Origin: Amoebophrya sp. A120 | Lineage: Eukaryota > Protista > Dinoflagellata | Assembly (NCBI GenBank): GCA_905178155.1 | Contig: CAJINV010000006.1 | Span: 4,285,760-4,349,759 of the forward strand | DNA length: 64,000 nt | Direction of reading: 5' to 3' | Shown: positions 25,381 through 39,275 of the stretch, piece after piece | Layout: each line of letters starts with the position of its first letter | How positions within the stretch are numbered: position 1 is the first letter of the stretch | Notes under the pieces: model-generated | Told to the model about the DNA's origin: nothing | Databases searched by the model: none | Seen by the model: the letters and a program-made list of their open reading frames with translations, nothing else | Position numbers and translations under genes: made by a program

Positions 25381-28300
25381 ATGGCTTCGAGCAGAAGTTC
25401 GAGGATCACGCCGATGAACGCTGAGAGTATGGTCCAGGACGACCCGAACCCAGAAGTCGCGGCACCGCAGGGTGTGCCGTCGGAGGAACAGCAGCCCGTG
25501 CCGCAGAAGCCCGTGCCGCAGCAGCCGGTCCCGCAGCAGCCGGTCCCGCAGCAGCCGGTTTCGCAGTATAATCAAGTCAACGTGCTGCAAAACTCGAACA
25601 TAGAAGCCCTGGGCGGCAAAACCGACTGCTTCGGCGGCTTGCCGGGGGGACGACACCAAAGTAGCTTGCCGGGGGGACGACACCAAAGTAGCTTGCCGGG
25701 GGGACGACACCAAAGTAGCTTGCCGGGGGGACGACACCAAAGTAGCTTGCCGGGGAGACACCAAAATAGCTTGCCATCTGGTTCGAACCTTTTTCCACCA
25801 AATGGAATGGTACTCGACATCAACCAGCACGGTTTACTCCAGCCTGCCGGTGGACCGGGAGGTGCTCACACTGGTCCCCAAGTACCGGCACCCCTATTTT
25901 TCCCCGGAAATAACAATACCCTCCCACTGCAGCCGCCTCTTCCTGCTCCCGGGGGCGGGCCCCTTCTGTTTCCCCCGCCTGGCGGGCACAACATATTAGG
26001 GGGAGCGATGTTTGAATCCTCGTCTCAGCTGTTTCATCCTCCGAATCGCAAGATGAACTACCTCCGCAGCGACGAACATTATTCGCGAGGAAAAAATAAA
26101 CAGACCGCGGCGATGTCCTCGAGCAGTACTTCTTCTAAAGCCCACCCCCTCCAGTTTTCCGCCGCAAAACGGCGGATGGATGCGATCGTGGGCGAGACCG
26201 GCTATGCGTATGGGTCGGTTTTGACCGGAATCACGTCGACGTCGTTCACTTCTGACCTGGACTTGACGTATTGTATCGACTTCGATAGTAAAAATGGAAG
26301 TAACAGCACAAGCAACAAGAATAGCAACAGCAATAGCAATAGCAACACAAACACGACGTCTGACCAGCACCATCACGTTGACCCGACGAAGCAGCAGCGA
26401 CAGGGCGCTTTGGAGTGGTTGAAGCAGGTCGAGCAGAAACTACTCGATTTCAACCAGAAAACGGAGGAACAGTTCAAAAAAAAGCGATTTCAATACCCGA
26501 TCACGGAGTACCGAAACATCCAGTTTATCGCCGCCCGAGTGCCCTTATCCATTGCAAATATGTCTTGGTCTCCTGGAAGAATGCAAGTTTGTTATGCTTG
26601 TCTGGCATGACGCTGAGGTCTGTATTGCGTGGGCACAAAGGGCTCCTCTAGGCTGTCATGCAAAAACGCTGTTTCTCATGCGGAATACGAAACACAGAGC
26701 CGCTGAAAAATTTCTCATGCTTGGCGGTGCATATACACTGTGCTTGCTATAATTCACTGACTTGCATCACAAGTTTCCAGACCCAGACATATTTGCAATG
26801 CATCGCCCTTACTAAAGTGCGAGGAGGTGCTGCTGTGCCAGAGAAGTAGTAGTAGAGATTACCCAGCAGAAGATGATAATGATTCAGATTCATCATCCCC
26901 AGCAGAAGTAGAACATATTTTTGAAACAAGAAGTCCTCCGACTTCTAAACCTTCCGATAAAAAATGTTCCAAATTCGCGTTCACGGAGCTGAAAACCACG
27001 GAGATCGAGATCACAGTGAACAACAAGGACGCCGTGAAGAATTCCGTGCTGCTGCAGCAATACGCAACCAGTCCGTTCTGCAAGGCGCTGTGTCTGCGGG
27101 TGAAAAAGTGGGCGAAAGAGAACAAGTTGATTCGGGACATGACGAACGGGCTCTTGTCCTCCTACAGCTTCACACTGATTGCGATCGCGTTTATGCAACA
27201 GGAAAATTTTCTCCCCAACCTCCAAGAGGAAACTTACACCGAGTTAATTCACCAACTCGGCCACCCGAACTGGCACTGGGACACGGTTGGCCGGGAAAAA
27301 ATTTACCGGAGAAAGTGCGACGAGCTGCTGGCGCAGGGGAAAATTCTCGAAATGCAGAGGGTGTTGTTTCGCGAAAAGAAGCACGATGAGAAGTTCGCGG
27401 AGGAATGCGGGGAGGGCTTGATACATGGTTTGCACGGCGCCGATTACAACGAGCGTTTTGAAAATCAAAATGAAAATTACGCCGAGGACTTCGAATCGTT
27501 GAAAGATCCGGGTGCGAAAAGGTGTTTTTCCTACGCGATGCAGGAAATCGAGGAAAGATTCTTCCAGTTTCTGGACGACCGATTTGTCAAAATGGGGTTT
27601 GTGCCGAAAATGGTGGACGAGGGAGGTGGTTGTGCCACACTACCGGAGCCGGAGACAAAGGAGGAGCAGGAAATGTTGAAGCGGGAGGAAAATTATAAAG
27701 CTGATGATGACCACCTAATCCCGGAGGAGTTGAACGCCAGCACCAACAGTGGGCGAAGCTGCAAAACTATCAAATGCAAATATGTCTGGGTCTGGAAGAA
27801 TGCAGATTTTTGTCATGCTGTTTGTGCATGATACAGAAGGTCTGGCATGGAAGCCCTAGCATCACAGGTCTCGAGAAGGTTCCGCAATGCCTGACTCGCA
27901 TGAGAAATCCCCCATTTTGGTGACACGAAATGGGTATCCTTTGCTGCCTATGCATGACAGATTTGTGTGTGCTATGAAATGCGCATCACAAGTTCGAAAC
28001 CTTCCAGACCCAGACATATTTGCAGTGCATAGAAACACCCTCGCCCTCCAAACAGTCTACGTCGAAGAAATCTTTTCCCTCTGCTACTGAGATGGACCAA
28101 AGTGGTCGCGATCAGGAGCTTCCGGATAGTTCTTCATCTCGCTGTGACACGATTTTCAGTGTCCGGAAGGGGGGGTTGTTAAGCTTGACAGAAGAGGAAA
28201 CCATTCTGCACAGTTCTTTGGATGCCGTATGGGTCGCAAGTATGTCTGGGTCTGGAGGATTCCGAGACTTGTCATGCAGTTTTTCCAGGCTCCGCCAAGG

Positions 28301-31300
28301 CTGGAATGCAGGGCACAGCATCACAGGTTCTGCAGCCCCTTGGTGAAGATGCCTATTCTGCATGAGAAATGCCCAGGTATTGGCAGAGGCTAAATCTGTT
28401 CTAACGCCAACCCGCCAGGAGTCAAATGGTTACTACTGCTACTACAGCATGGCCAGAAGTGGGGACCTTCTGCAAGTCATGCAACACAGATTTTTGTATG
28501 ATCCGCAACACGCACGACAGGTTCGCAACATCCTTCCAGACCCAGACATTTTTGCAGTTGATATGCCGACACCCGGCACAAAATCGCCACCATCGCGGTC
28601 GAGGACCCGTATGCGTTTGAAGATCCCCACGGCCGTATGCATTGCAAATATGTCTGGGTCCTCTCTGGAAGATCTGAAATTTGTATTGCTGATTTCGCAT
28701 GTTGACCCTGAACTCTGTGATGCATGTTGTGGAAAATAAGCGCCAACCCTGTGTCATGCAGAAACGCGATTTCTAGTACGGGTGGCGCACAACACAACCG
28801 CTCAGAAATTTCTCATGCGTGGCTAAGTATTGGAATCAGTTTGTAATGCATGTATTAGCAGTACAAGTTTACTCCACTTCCAGACCCAGACAGAGTTCCA
28901 CTGGATAGGCCGGCCCGCCGAGCAAAACCCCTCGCCGCGGCGGCAACTGTCGCACAATTTGAAATATGGATTGCAAATATTTCTGGGTCTGGAAGGTTGG
29001 AACTTGTAATGCTAGCTTTCCATACCTAGATATCTGTATTGCATAGCCAACAAAACTCGCAGCCTCTTTTGTACATGCAAAAACGCAGTTTCTCATGCGA
29101 TTGCCTATGAGAGAGCGTTCTCGAAAGTTGTCATGCTGGGTTGCATTCGGAACTGGTTCCATCATCCACATTTTAGCATCACAAGTTTCCAGACCCAGAC
29201 ATTTTTGCATTTGATGTGAAACGGCGAGTGCTGCGGTGCGCGAAAATTTCTGGCGTGGAACTGATTGCGAAGGCGGTGCGGGTGAGGCTGATAGACCTGA
29301 AGTTGCAGCGGGAAAGCAGCGGTTGTCATTGGTTCTTGTCGAAGACGAAGAGTGGCGGGACAACTACCACGGATTTACTCAAAACAGACCTGCACGCGTT
29401 GGTGAAACACGCGGCGAGGGAGGAGCGGAGAAGGTTTAAGAACCTCCAATCGCTTTTGCTCATGCGGAGTCAACTACAGCTAGTAGAACAGGAGCCGAAC
29501 AACTTGAATAGTACGATGCTCTTGTCGCCGGCAGAGCAGTTACAGTTTGGCGGCTTGGGAGGATTTGGAGGTGGCCTGCTGGGTAGTACCAATTGTGTCG
29601 ATCCTAGTTCACTACTCCCGGGGCTGACCAACCTCAACTTGCTGCAAGATCATGGCGGGAGGTGGAGTACCAACAACAATAATGACGGTGACACGATAAG
29701 TGCGCCGCCAACATCAAATTCTCCAGCAAGACCATGGGATTTTTTGCTGCAGACGCATCAGACATCCAAGCCAGATGGTGTTCTTCACACGGCTGCACCA
29801 GTGCAGTTTCTTCCTGAGCAAGCCACGGAAGCAGGGGGGTCAACGAGTTGTAGTAGTATCAGTGCTGGGACAGGGACCTCCACAGCGCCCAAGAAAAACT
29901 ACGGCGCATGTGAAGAACAAAAACAACAACCGAAACTCGTCTCGCTGGAATCGACTCTGGGGCTCTTGTCGCCGCGTGGTGGTGTTCCTGCAAAAATAAA
30001 CGCGGAAAAAATGAAGAACAAGGCATCTTCTTCTTCGCAGGTGAGTACCAGCCGGTACGAACAGGATTTGGCTGTTGCGTCTTCTACTGGAGTTGTTTTC
30101 TCCTCTACGACTAGTAGGTCTGGTGCACAGGTTGGCGGCACGGAGGACCATAGTACCAGCGCGCAATCGATTATATCAGCAGGTGTTTTTAACAGGAGCT
30201 CGACTTCAATGGAGGTGCCACTGCCATGCGTTCAAATTCAAAATCAGAATCCGGCGAAGAAGATTCCATCGCAAGAACACAAATCTACTTCCGACGACCT
30301 GTTTCAGAACCTGCCCTCCGGACTGCGGTGCCAGGGGATGGGAAAATCGGAGCATATGAAATGCAAAAATGTCTGGGTCTGGAAGACTTGTCATGCACAT
30401 TTTGCATGACCCATGACGCCTGTAATGCATGACCCAGCATCAGAGATTTGGTGAGGGCTTTGTGATGCCTATACTGCATGAGGAATACCCCCTCCGCGTA
30501 GCAGAAACTGGAATCCGTTCGCTGCTTACGCAATACAGATCTTTTTTAGAACCCAAAGACAGCATGAGAAGTTGCATCCTTCCAGACCCAGACATTTTTG
30601 CATTGGATAGAGCAGAGGAAGTTGCAAAAGTACAACGCGATCTCGGCAAAGTATTACAATGAAAAATGCCTCCTCCCCATATCAAAACGGAAATCTGTGA
30701 TGCAGATTTGTGGTCACAAATCAGCTTTGTCATGCTAGAAGGCAAAAGATGCGGACTGTAGTGCTGTCTAGCGTAGGAATAAACCTATGCGTCTCCAGCA
30801 TGACAGGAGGCAACTAGACAAGTGGGAAACAGCATGACAGATTACCTGCAATTTAGGCCGCAGCTTCGTCGCTTGGCCTTCTAGCAATACAAGTCGATTT
30901 GTGTACTCAAATACAGCATCACAAATTTGCGCATCTTCCGTTTCCGATATGGGGTGGGGGCTTTTTTCACTTTGATACAAAGTGCAGTACTTTGCAGGAG
31001 GACCGGGAACTGCTGAAGCGGCAGTTAAGTCGGGATCTGGCGGAGCTGAAGAGCCGGGCAAGTTCGAATAATAATAATGCCACTACAACAACAGCTGCAA
31101 CTGTAGTACTCCCCGTCCTTGCAGAAGAAGAAACTTCTACGAGGGGAGTAGAAGAAGCAGAACGACCAAGAAAGGCTTGCACAACTTTTTCCACTATACT
31201 GGATGCCAGTTGCGCAACATCTGCCGGTACTACTTCAGCCTTCTTTGCGGAAACGACGAACACCACTGCAGCAGACTTTGCTGCCTCTGCTGGTCTGATG

Positions 31301-34300
31301 CCACCTCCAGGCACCACTTCAAGTTCAACCGATGAACGCGATGGGCCGCCGCGAGAAGTACTAGAGCAGGCGACAGTAGAAAGCTCTTCTTCTGGTCTAG
31401 AAGCAGCTTCAACACCAAGCACGGAAGTTGTTGTAGATGTGGACATTATGTGCAAAGTCAGGGAGAATAATTACGCGCTCATGACTTGTTCCGGAGTTGC
31501 AGGTTCTGCAACACAAACAGGCGGCAGTTCTTCCTCCTCCTCTGCCGACGTTTCCGTGGTGCTGCAGCCTGAAGGGGGGCAAAAAACTTGTGAGAAAAAG
31601 AAGGAACAACACCAGCAAGAACCTGGGACGGCGGAGGAACAAGAGCGCGTGGGAAAACAACTAAACGAGCAGTCAAGTACTTCAAATAAACTCCAGCCCT
31701 CGCAGTCTGTCCCAGGTCGTTGTTCCACTAGCAAGGTCGAGAAAACAGGAACAACTTGCTCCGAGCAGAATCTACTGTATAAAAGTTCATCATCCGGTCC
31801 CTATCCTGAGTAAAAACGTCCCCACACCTGAGTCAAGATGGGGATTTTGCAACACAAACCTAGGAGTTTTGGGAGTTACGCATGACAAATTGCACTCCGC
31901 AGTGTAGTGCAGGTTAGCAAGGGCAGCCGCATCACAAATTCGTCTGCTCATCCTGTTCACAGCATCACAAATTCCAAAACACGATTGGAAATGGCTCTCA
32001 TGGGGATGCGCATTACAAGTCTTCCTGTCTTTGCAAATCTGCATTACAACTCTGGCGTGGGTACGTTTTTGCACAGGATGCTCCCCTTGTCCCAATCTAC
32101 CCCGGGCAGGAGCAACTGCAGGAGAAGTTCCTCTATCCATTGCAAAAGTATCGCACTCGTCGTAATCGCAGATATGCATTACAAAGCTCTCTCTCAAGGC
32201 AAATCCGCATTACAAATTCCATTTCTAATGCTGAGCAAATTTGTGATGCGATTTCTATCAATACGATGTTTTTGCAGTTCATATCCTCAACCTGAAAGCA
32301 ACGATCGAAGCTTTGCAAGAAGAAACGGGAAGTTATTGGCAGAGGAAGCTCGCGGGCAGTAAAATAGGAGCGGATGCTCAAAAAGATGAAGAAATACTAC
32401 ACCTAAACGACCTGCGTGAAAACAGTCCGGGATACAAGGATTACCGGGCAAAAATGAAGGAGCTGAACAGGAAACAAGCAGAGTACCAAACTTGGGTTAT
32501 CAAATGCAAAAGTGCCTGGGTCTGGAAGATTCTAAACTTGTGATGCTGTCTCTGGATTCGAAAAAAAATTGTATTGCATGACCAGTAGGAGGAGTAGATT
32601 TTGTGCTCCGCGGAGATGGCGTTTGTCATGGGGAATAGGCATGAGGAGGCGCTCTAAACATCTGTGATGCTAGGCCATGCATCACAGGCATTATGGATCA
32701 TGCAAAATATGCATGACAAATCTTGCAATCTCCCAGACCCAGACATTTTTGCATTTGATATGGGTTCAGTACAAGCAAAAGCTCGATAATTTGCGTCTCG
32801 TAGGGAAAACAAGCCGTGATGACGCTACTGGTAATGCTGCATTACAAGAACCGCCTCAACAAATTCAAGAAGGAGCAACTCAAGAACCGCAAGCGCATTT
32901 ACTCCGGACCACCAGCGCCGAGAGTTCTTCGTGCACGAGTACGATTTCCGCTGGCAGATTCCACCTTGGTCAACAGGTTTCTGGTGCCCAACAGAACTTG
33001 CAGCAGCAACAGCAGCAGAACGTATCAACTGCAAAAATGTCTGGGTCTGGAAAAGTGTAAACTTGTCATGCAGATTTTCCATGACCCATGAGGCCTGGAA
33101 TGCGGGACTTAGCATGACAGACTCTGCGAAGTCTCTGCCATGCCTCTTCTGCATGAGAAACTCCCTTCCAACTTGGTCAAAAGTGGACAGCTTTTGGCAC
33201 TCATGCAACACAGATTTTTGCATGCTTCAGATTTACCATGACAAGTTGCCGCCTTCCAGACCCAGACATATTTGCAACTGATAGAACGCGGCTCTGTACC
33301 AGTTGCTGCAGCAGCAGTACCAGCAACATATCCTGTGCAAAAGTATCGTACTCGTATTGCAATCATGCATTACAAATCTGTCTCTTAAGGTAAATCAGCA
33401 TTACAAATTTTATCTCTCATGCTGAGGAAATTTGTAATGCATTTATACGAGTGCGATACTTTTGCAATGTATACAACAGCAACAGCAGCAAATGGTGTTT
33501 AATCAGCAGCGGATCCAGCTGCAACAGCAGCAGCAGCAGTACCACCAGGCAGAGGTCAGTTTGAATTGGAAACACCAGCAATTTTTGGAGCAACAGAAGG
33601 TCTTATCCCACGAAAAAACTGTTTGACTGTGATGACTTTGCAAGATCTGCATCACAAGTTTCTTACACATAACGCAGAAAATTTGGCATGCGCGCTTGCA
33701 AAGGGAAAACGCCCTTAAAGAGTCAAGCTCTTGCAGGTGTAGCAAGACAAATAGTTCTGTGTTCCATTCTATGCATCACAAGTTCACAGTGAAGCAGTTT
33801 TTTCTTGCGATAGGTCTTACTGCAGCAAGAACGGGAGGAGTTGGAAAAGCAAAAGGAGAAGGAGCGGGAGCTACTGGAGGAAAAACTGAAAAGAGAATTC
33901 CAGTATCAAATGCACATATGTCTCGGTCTGGAAAGTTGCAATGCTGGGATGTGAAGAACAGTCAATACCCTGCACTGCACAGCAGAGCATGAGAAATATG
34001 TGCGCGGCTGTAGTGTTGCGCTTTCCGCATGAGAAGCTGCGTTTTTGCATGACAAGCAACAGAGTCTCTTCTTGGACACGCATCACAAGTTTTTCTGTCA
34101 TGCCAGACAAGCATGGCACACCTTGCGTCCTTCCAGACCCAGACATATTTGCAATCCATATCCAGGAGGAAAAGACAAAGCTGATGTCCTCCTTTAGCTC
34201 CATGCTAAAGGCTATCAAATGCAAAAATGTCTGGGTCTGGAAGAATGCATGTTTGTCATGCTTGTCTGGCATGACTCGAGAATCTGTGTTGCATAGGCAC

Positions 34301-37166
34301 GAAAGAGCCCTGCTAACTGTCATGCGAAAAGGCAGTTTGCCATGCGGAATACGTAAGACATGGCAGCCACTAAATTTGTCATGCATAGCTGCGTACTGCG
34401 GCGCGTCTATCATTCACTTTTAGCATTACAAGTGTCCAGACCCAGACATTTTTGCATTTGATAAAGGCAAACGCAGAGAAAAAAAGGAAAGAAAAGAGGA
34501 AGAAGGAACAAGAAAATAATTATTCGGTCGTGGATCAAGGACAGCCACAGCCGGGAGAAGTCGTGGGCGACAAGGCGATAGAGACGGTGGTATCCACTCT
34601 TGCAAATATGTCTGGGTCTGGATGATTGCGAGGTTTGTCATGCAGTTTTTCCGAGCTCCACAGGGTCGGGAATGCGGGGCTTGGCAATACAGGTTCTAGA
34701 GCCCCTCGATGATGCTTATTCTGCATGAGAAATTCCCCACCAGCAGGGCAAGAAGTTGGCAATTTTTGCAAGTCATGCAACACAGATTTATTTCGTGTGA
34801 GCCACAAGAGGCATGACAAGTTCACTCTTTCCCAGAGGACCCAGACGTATTTGCAGTTGATAGGTGGGAGTAGAAAGCAAATCGCAGTGCTCTTCAGGTG
34901 GAAGTAGGAATGGTCTGGATAACAGTAGCATGCTCGCAGATTCCTCCAATATAATTCGGTCGCCAACCGAAACGGCGACGGCTGCGGATAATTTTACAGG
35001 GCTGAATTACAGTTATGTGGAGCAAGAGAGCACTAATTTCCTGAACCTATCTGTCCCGAGCGTGAAACCCGATGCGCTTCTTGACGATTCGTTTTCGTCC
35101 ACTCGAGGTGAGTTATTTGCTGGTGTTGTTTCTCCTCCACTAGTGCATCACCACGACTACACGAATTTTTACCCTAGAAGTTGTACAACCGCCACCCCGC
35201 CGCCGATCGGGGGAAGTAATATCCCGACGAACGACGCCAGCGGTAGTTCCTCGAGTAAGACCAGCGCGACCACTGTTGAAGACCAGGGTGCTACTAGTAG
35301 TGCCTCGACATCATCTGCGTGTCCTGCAACCACCACCACCAAACTGCCTCTGCAACAAGGTAGTGAAGCCGTCCGGAATTATCCACCCTACCCGGAGTTT
35401 GGGCACGAGGATTTTTCGGTGAGCTACGACACCATCGGGGACTACAGCTACATATGGATTGCAAAAATCTCTGGGTCTGGAAGAATGCAGGAGTTTGTCA
35501 TGCAGATTTTGCATAACCCATGAGGCCTGTGATGCATGCCCCAGCATCAGAGATTTTGCGAGGGCTTTCTGATGCTCATACCGCATGAGAAATGCCCTCT
35601 CCGCGTGGCACAAATTACACCTCTTTTGCTGTTCATGCAATACAGATTTTATGTAGAGTCCAAAGGTAGCATCACAAGTTGCATCCTTCCAGACCCAGAC
35701 ATTTTTGCAGTTGATACTACATGGAGAAGTACCACTACTACGATGCGCGGTACGGGTACGAAACGAGTGAGCAGCAAGAAAAGCGGTATTCTGAACAAAA
35801 ACGTCGCCACCCTAGAGTCAAGTTGGGAACCCGGCAATACAAGTCCAGGAGTTTTTGGAGTCGCGCATGACAAGTTTTTGTCTGTATTATAGCGCAAGTG
35901 ACTAGCAAGGACAAGCGCATCATAAATCCATCTGCTCACTCTTTTCACAGCAGTATAAATGCCAAAAAATCAAGACTAGAAATTTATGCCTCTCATGGGG
36001 AAGATGCGCAATGCAAGCGTTTTCCTGTAATTGCAAATCCGCATGACAACTTCGGGGTGGGGACGGTTTTCCTCAGGATAAGCGGTCGCAGCAGATCCGG
36101 GAGAGTTTGCGGAGGGAGATATCGGAAGGAAAAATCCCCCCTCCCCATAAGAAAGGGAAACTTGCGATGCTGGATTTGTGTACACAAATCAGCCTTGTAT
36201 TGCAGGAAGGCATTGCGTCCAGATCCCCAGTCTAGGTAGGGGCGTTTGGGTCTAGGTGTTCAGCATTACAAGCGGCTGCCCTGTAGGCCCAACAACATGA
36301 CAAATCGCTTCAATAATGGGACGCAAGCATCTGCCCTTGTCTTCTTGCAAGACAAATGTGATTTGTGACTACAAATCAGCAACAGAAATTTTCGGAAATA
36401 TGGGGAGGGGGGATTTTTCCTCACAATAGGAGAAGATGCAGGAGATGGAATCCGCGTCGGGACAAGGGGGTGTTGGTGCAGCTATTTTTATGCATTGCAA
36501 ATATCCCTGGATGTCTACGAACTTGTGATGCTGAGTGGCGATGAGTGAGCATACTCGTGAGTGGAGCGCAGCATGCCAAATTCTGAGGACGCTTTCTGAC
36601 GCATAATGCGCATTAGAAACTATGCTTTTGCGTGACAAAACGGGGCTTGTTTTTGTTAGTTATGCAATACAGATTTTAGTTTTACAGGAATCTACGACAC
36701 ACAATAGATACAGGTTCCACTTTTATTCCAGACCCAGACATGTTTGCAATGCATAGCCATGATGCCGAAACAAGATCGAGATGATCCTCACGGTGCGCCT
36801 GGATACTTCTACGACTTTTACGCTCAAGAAATTAGCGCGCCGCAGCCTTTGGATGACGAGGATGAATTTGGAAAAGACCACGGTATTAGAAGAAAAACTA
36901 CGACGAGTTCTTGTTCTTCAGGCGCTTGTGAAGATGATGTTGTTCGTCCGGATATTAATTTTTACCTGCAACACGAATATGAGCGTTTTTATAGAAGTAC
37001 AACACCTCGTGACCACGACGAGCCATCTTCATCACGCGGGGCGGGCAAAAACAGTGGAGACCACACTACCACACCTAGTACGAAGATATCTTCTGGACGA
37101 ACATCAGCCGCGCTGGTGTCTAAGAAGGAGAAAAAGGCTGCAAAGGAGAAGAAAAGCAAGAAATGA
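25381..37166 (+). CDS. Cid1/TUT-family non-canonical poly(A)/terminal uridylyl transferase with long Q/S/T-rich and coiled-coil extensions; 20 introner introns
   Basis: Motifs YGS...SDLDL, ARVPLLKC, EITVNN..AVKNS.LL..Y, VKKWAK, LSSYSFTLIAIAFMQ and IAVEDPY. The frame is continuous to TGA 37164-37166 after removing 26546-26804, 27768-28031, 28228-28563, 28636-28907, 28965-29216, 30355-30609, 30652-30977, 31802-32080, 32134-32283, 32498-32760, 33023-33283, 33329-33473, 33604-33812, 33904-34160, 34213-34463, 34591-34862, 35453-35716, 35787-36080, 36120-36428, 36486-36755. Confidence 0.85.
25489..25560 (+). repeat. Coding 15-bp tandem repeat (QQPVP) x about 4.5
   Basis: Repeated CAGCAGCC(C/G)GT(G/C)CCG units are visible in the sequence. 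Confidence 0.85.
25637..25776 (+). repeat. Coding 27-bp tandem repeat (LPGGRHQSS) x about 5
   Basis: GCTTGCCGGGGGGACGACACCAAAGTA occurs in four exact copies plus one degenerate copy. Confidence 0.9.
33329..33473. mobile_element. Introner family C representative (about 135-165 bp; TIR TAT-N7-AAAAG(T/C)ATCG(T/C)ACTCGTA)
   Basis: TSD CAACA/CAACA. Also 12742, 20856 (nested), 32134, 46185, 56902, 57205 and 58711. Confidence 0.9.
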
Positions 37167-39275
37167 GAGAACCTCGAGTACCTCCACGCAGCGGTTTCCG
37201 GTTTTAGTTTTGACGCTGCTTACTTGTTACAAAGGTTCTTTATGCGAACTTGATGTCTGCCGCACAGGGCCGCAGAAGTGCTGTGCGGGCGGTGTTGCAG
37301 ATAAATGGCTACGCTGATACGACTTCGCGGGTCCGCGATGGTCGTGCGCAAAGACGGGCTGCCGTGTCGTGGATACACAGGACGACAGTTGTCCGTGGAC
37401 GAGGACGGAGAAAAGATGTAAGTCTCAACTTTTCTGCGCCGCGCCAGCCATCGGCCTTCTTTCGATTTCTGCAACAGATAAACAGGTGGAAAACCAAGGC
37501 GAAACTTTACGTTTGCACCTTATATATAAACGAAGAGTCTACATCTTCTGACATTGCATTCTCATTTCCAAAAAATATCTATACCTGGCGGCAGTGCTAC
37601 ATACCGATGGGCAATTCGCATTTTTTCACTCTGTGCCTTTACTCACATTGTTTCACCTGCATATCATGATGTCGAGACCTTAGTATTACAAGAACTCCAC
37701 TTTCTCTTCCTGGCGTGCATGTTGTACTCTCCTGCCGCACTTCTTCAAACGTGGTTGCTATATATGTAGCTGATTTTTTTGTAACACTTACTGTTAGTTG
37801 TACTGCCTCATCTTCGTGTAAAAATATTCATTGCAAGAATTTTCTGTTTCAAGTGTAGAAGAAGTTCCAACAGAGCTGCTGCTGATAGAGAACAAAATGT
37901 AGTTGCGACGTCTATCAGTGGTCCGTCGCGTCAATCGATCCTGCATCTGCTTCACGGTAAGTAGATGGGAAAAAGGAATCACCTTTCTATGCACGCCTAA
38001 AGCGACATGGAATTATGATTTTTCCCCTCTGCCATAATTATAGTGCATCTATTAGTTGGCCGCCGCGCATGATGTCGCATTCTTTGTCGAGGAAGTGTCA
38101 ACATTAAACGGAACTTATCTGTATTATGCATCGATGATCCGCTCTACTCCATGGCTCTCGTTTCGCTTTTGATAGTGCACGATCCGCGGCATGATTATAG
38201 AGAGCTTTTTCACAAGGTAGAAGTGCACGACGGGCGGCGGTTAATGGCAACCAAATTTTCGTGTTCTTAAGCTTCACTGTATTTTTGTTCGGTGACGTAA
38301 TAATTCTTGACCAGCATGTTGGAAAAGCGACGGTCTGCAGCCGACAAAAGGCAATGCCTAGTTCACTTCTTGATCAGAATATTACAGAAAGGCTCACAGG
38401 TCAATCATTGAAGACGAAGTGCACCTGTGAGTGGATCATGATGCTCCCAGAATTCAAACAAAAATGACCAAGATCGAAAAGAACGCAACTCAGAAAATTG
38501 TCGGTAATTGAAAACCAAAAATGCGGGGGCTGGTGTAAGTACAAGACGAGCAGCTATTCGGTCGTATGTTGTGTACATGTACATGACAATCTCAAATCAA
38601 TCTGACACTAGTCCTCACGCACGATCGCCTTTATTGTTGACTCAAGTTTCTTGCTGCCGCTGGGCCGTCACATAAATCTCGATCCGACAAATCTAGGTCT
38701 GATTGTGTAAAAGTAAAAGGAGAAGGTATGATCACTCCATTCATTTCTCGGGTATTTGTGTAGTTGATGTTGTACCTATGCCTACTAGTATTAACTCGAC
38801 ACAGGAAATAAAATCCGCTTGGATTTATTTTGGTATGATTTTATTCGCTTTTACAACGCAGAACAGATAGGTTACAACGCAGAACAGACTTCACTTTTCA
38901 GAAACAACAGCTCCTACGTTGAAGCAACTTTTACTTTTTCAACAAACAAGTTGTACTTTTTGGACTCTGAAAACTTCGACGTCTTAGTAACTTTCGAAAA
39001 TAAACCTTTCTCTGGTGACGAAAAATAGCTCTCCTGTATCTTTACTTTTTCTTTTTCTCAGGCTTACGAGGCCAAAGCTGCTGTAGCCACCTAGTACTGT
39101 ATTTTTTTTGAACTAGCAGTAGCATCGTGAGAGGAAGGTAAACCCTTCACACGGAACAAGCCACGACTCCATCCCTAACAAACAAACAAAGCTTGGACGC
39201 ATATTTTTCCGTGCTGGCTTATTTCGGCTACGAAATAACTGCCCCTCAACATATCACACCAACAGCAAGGTGAAG

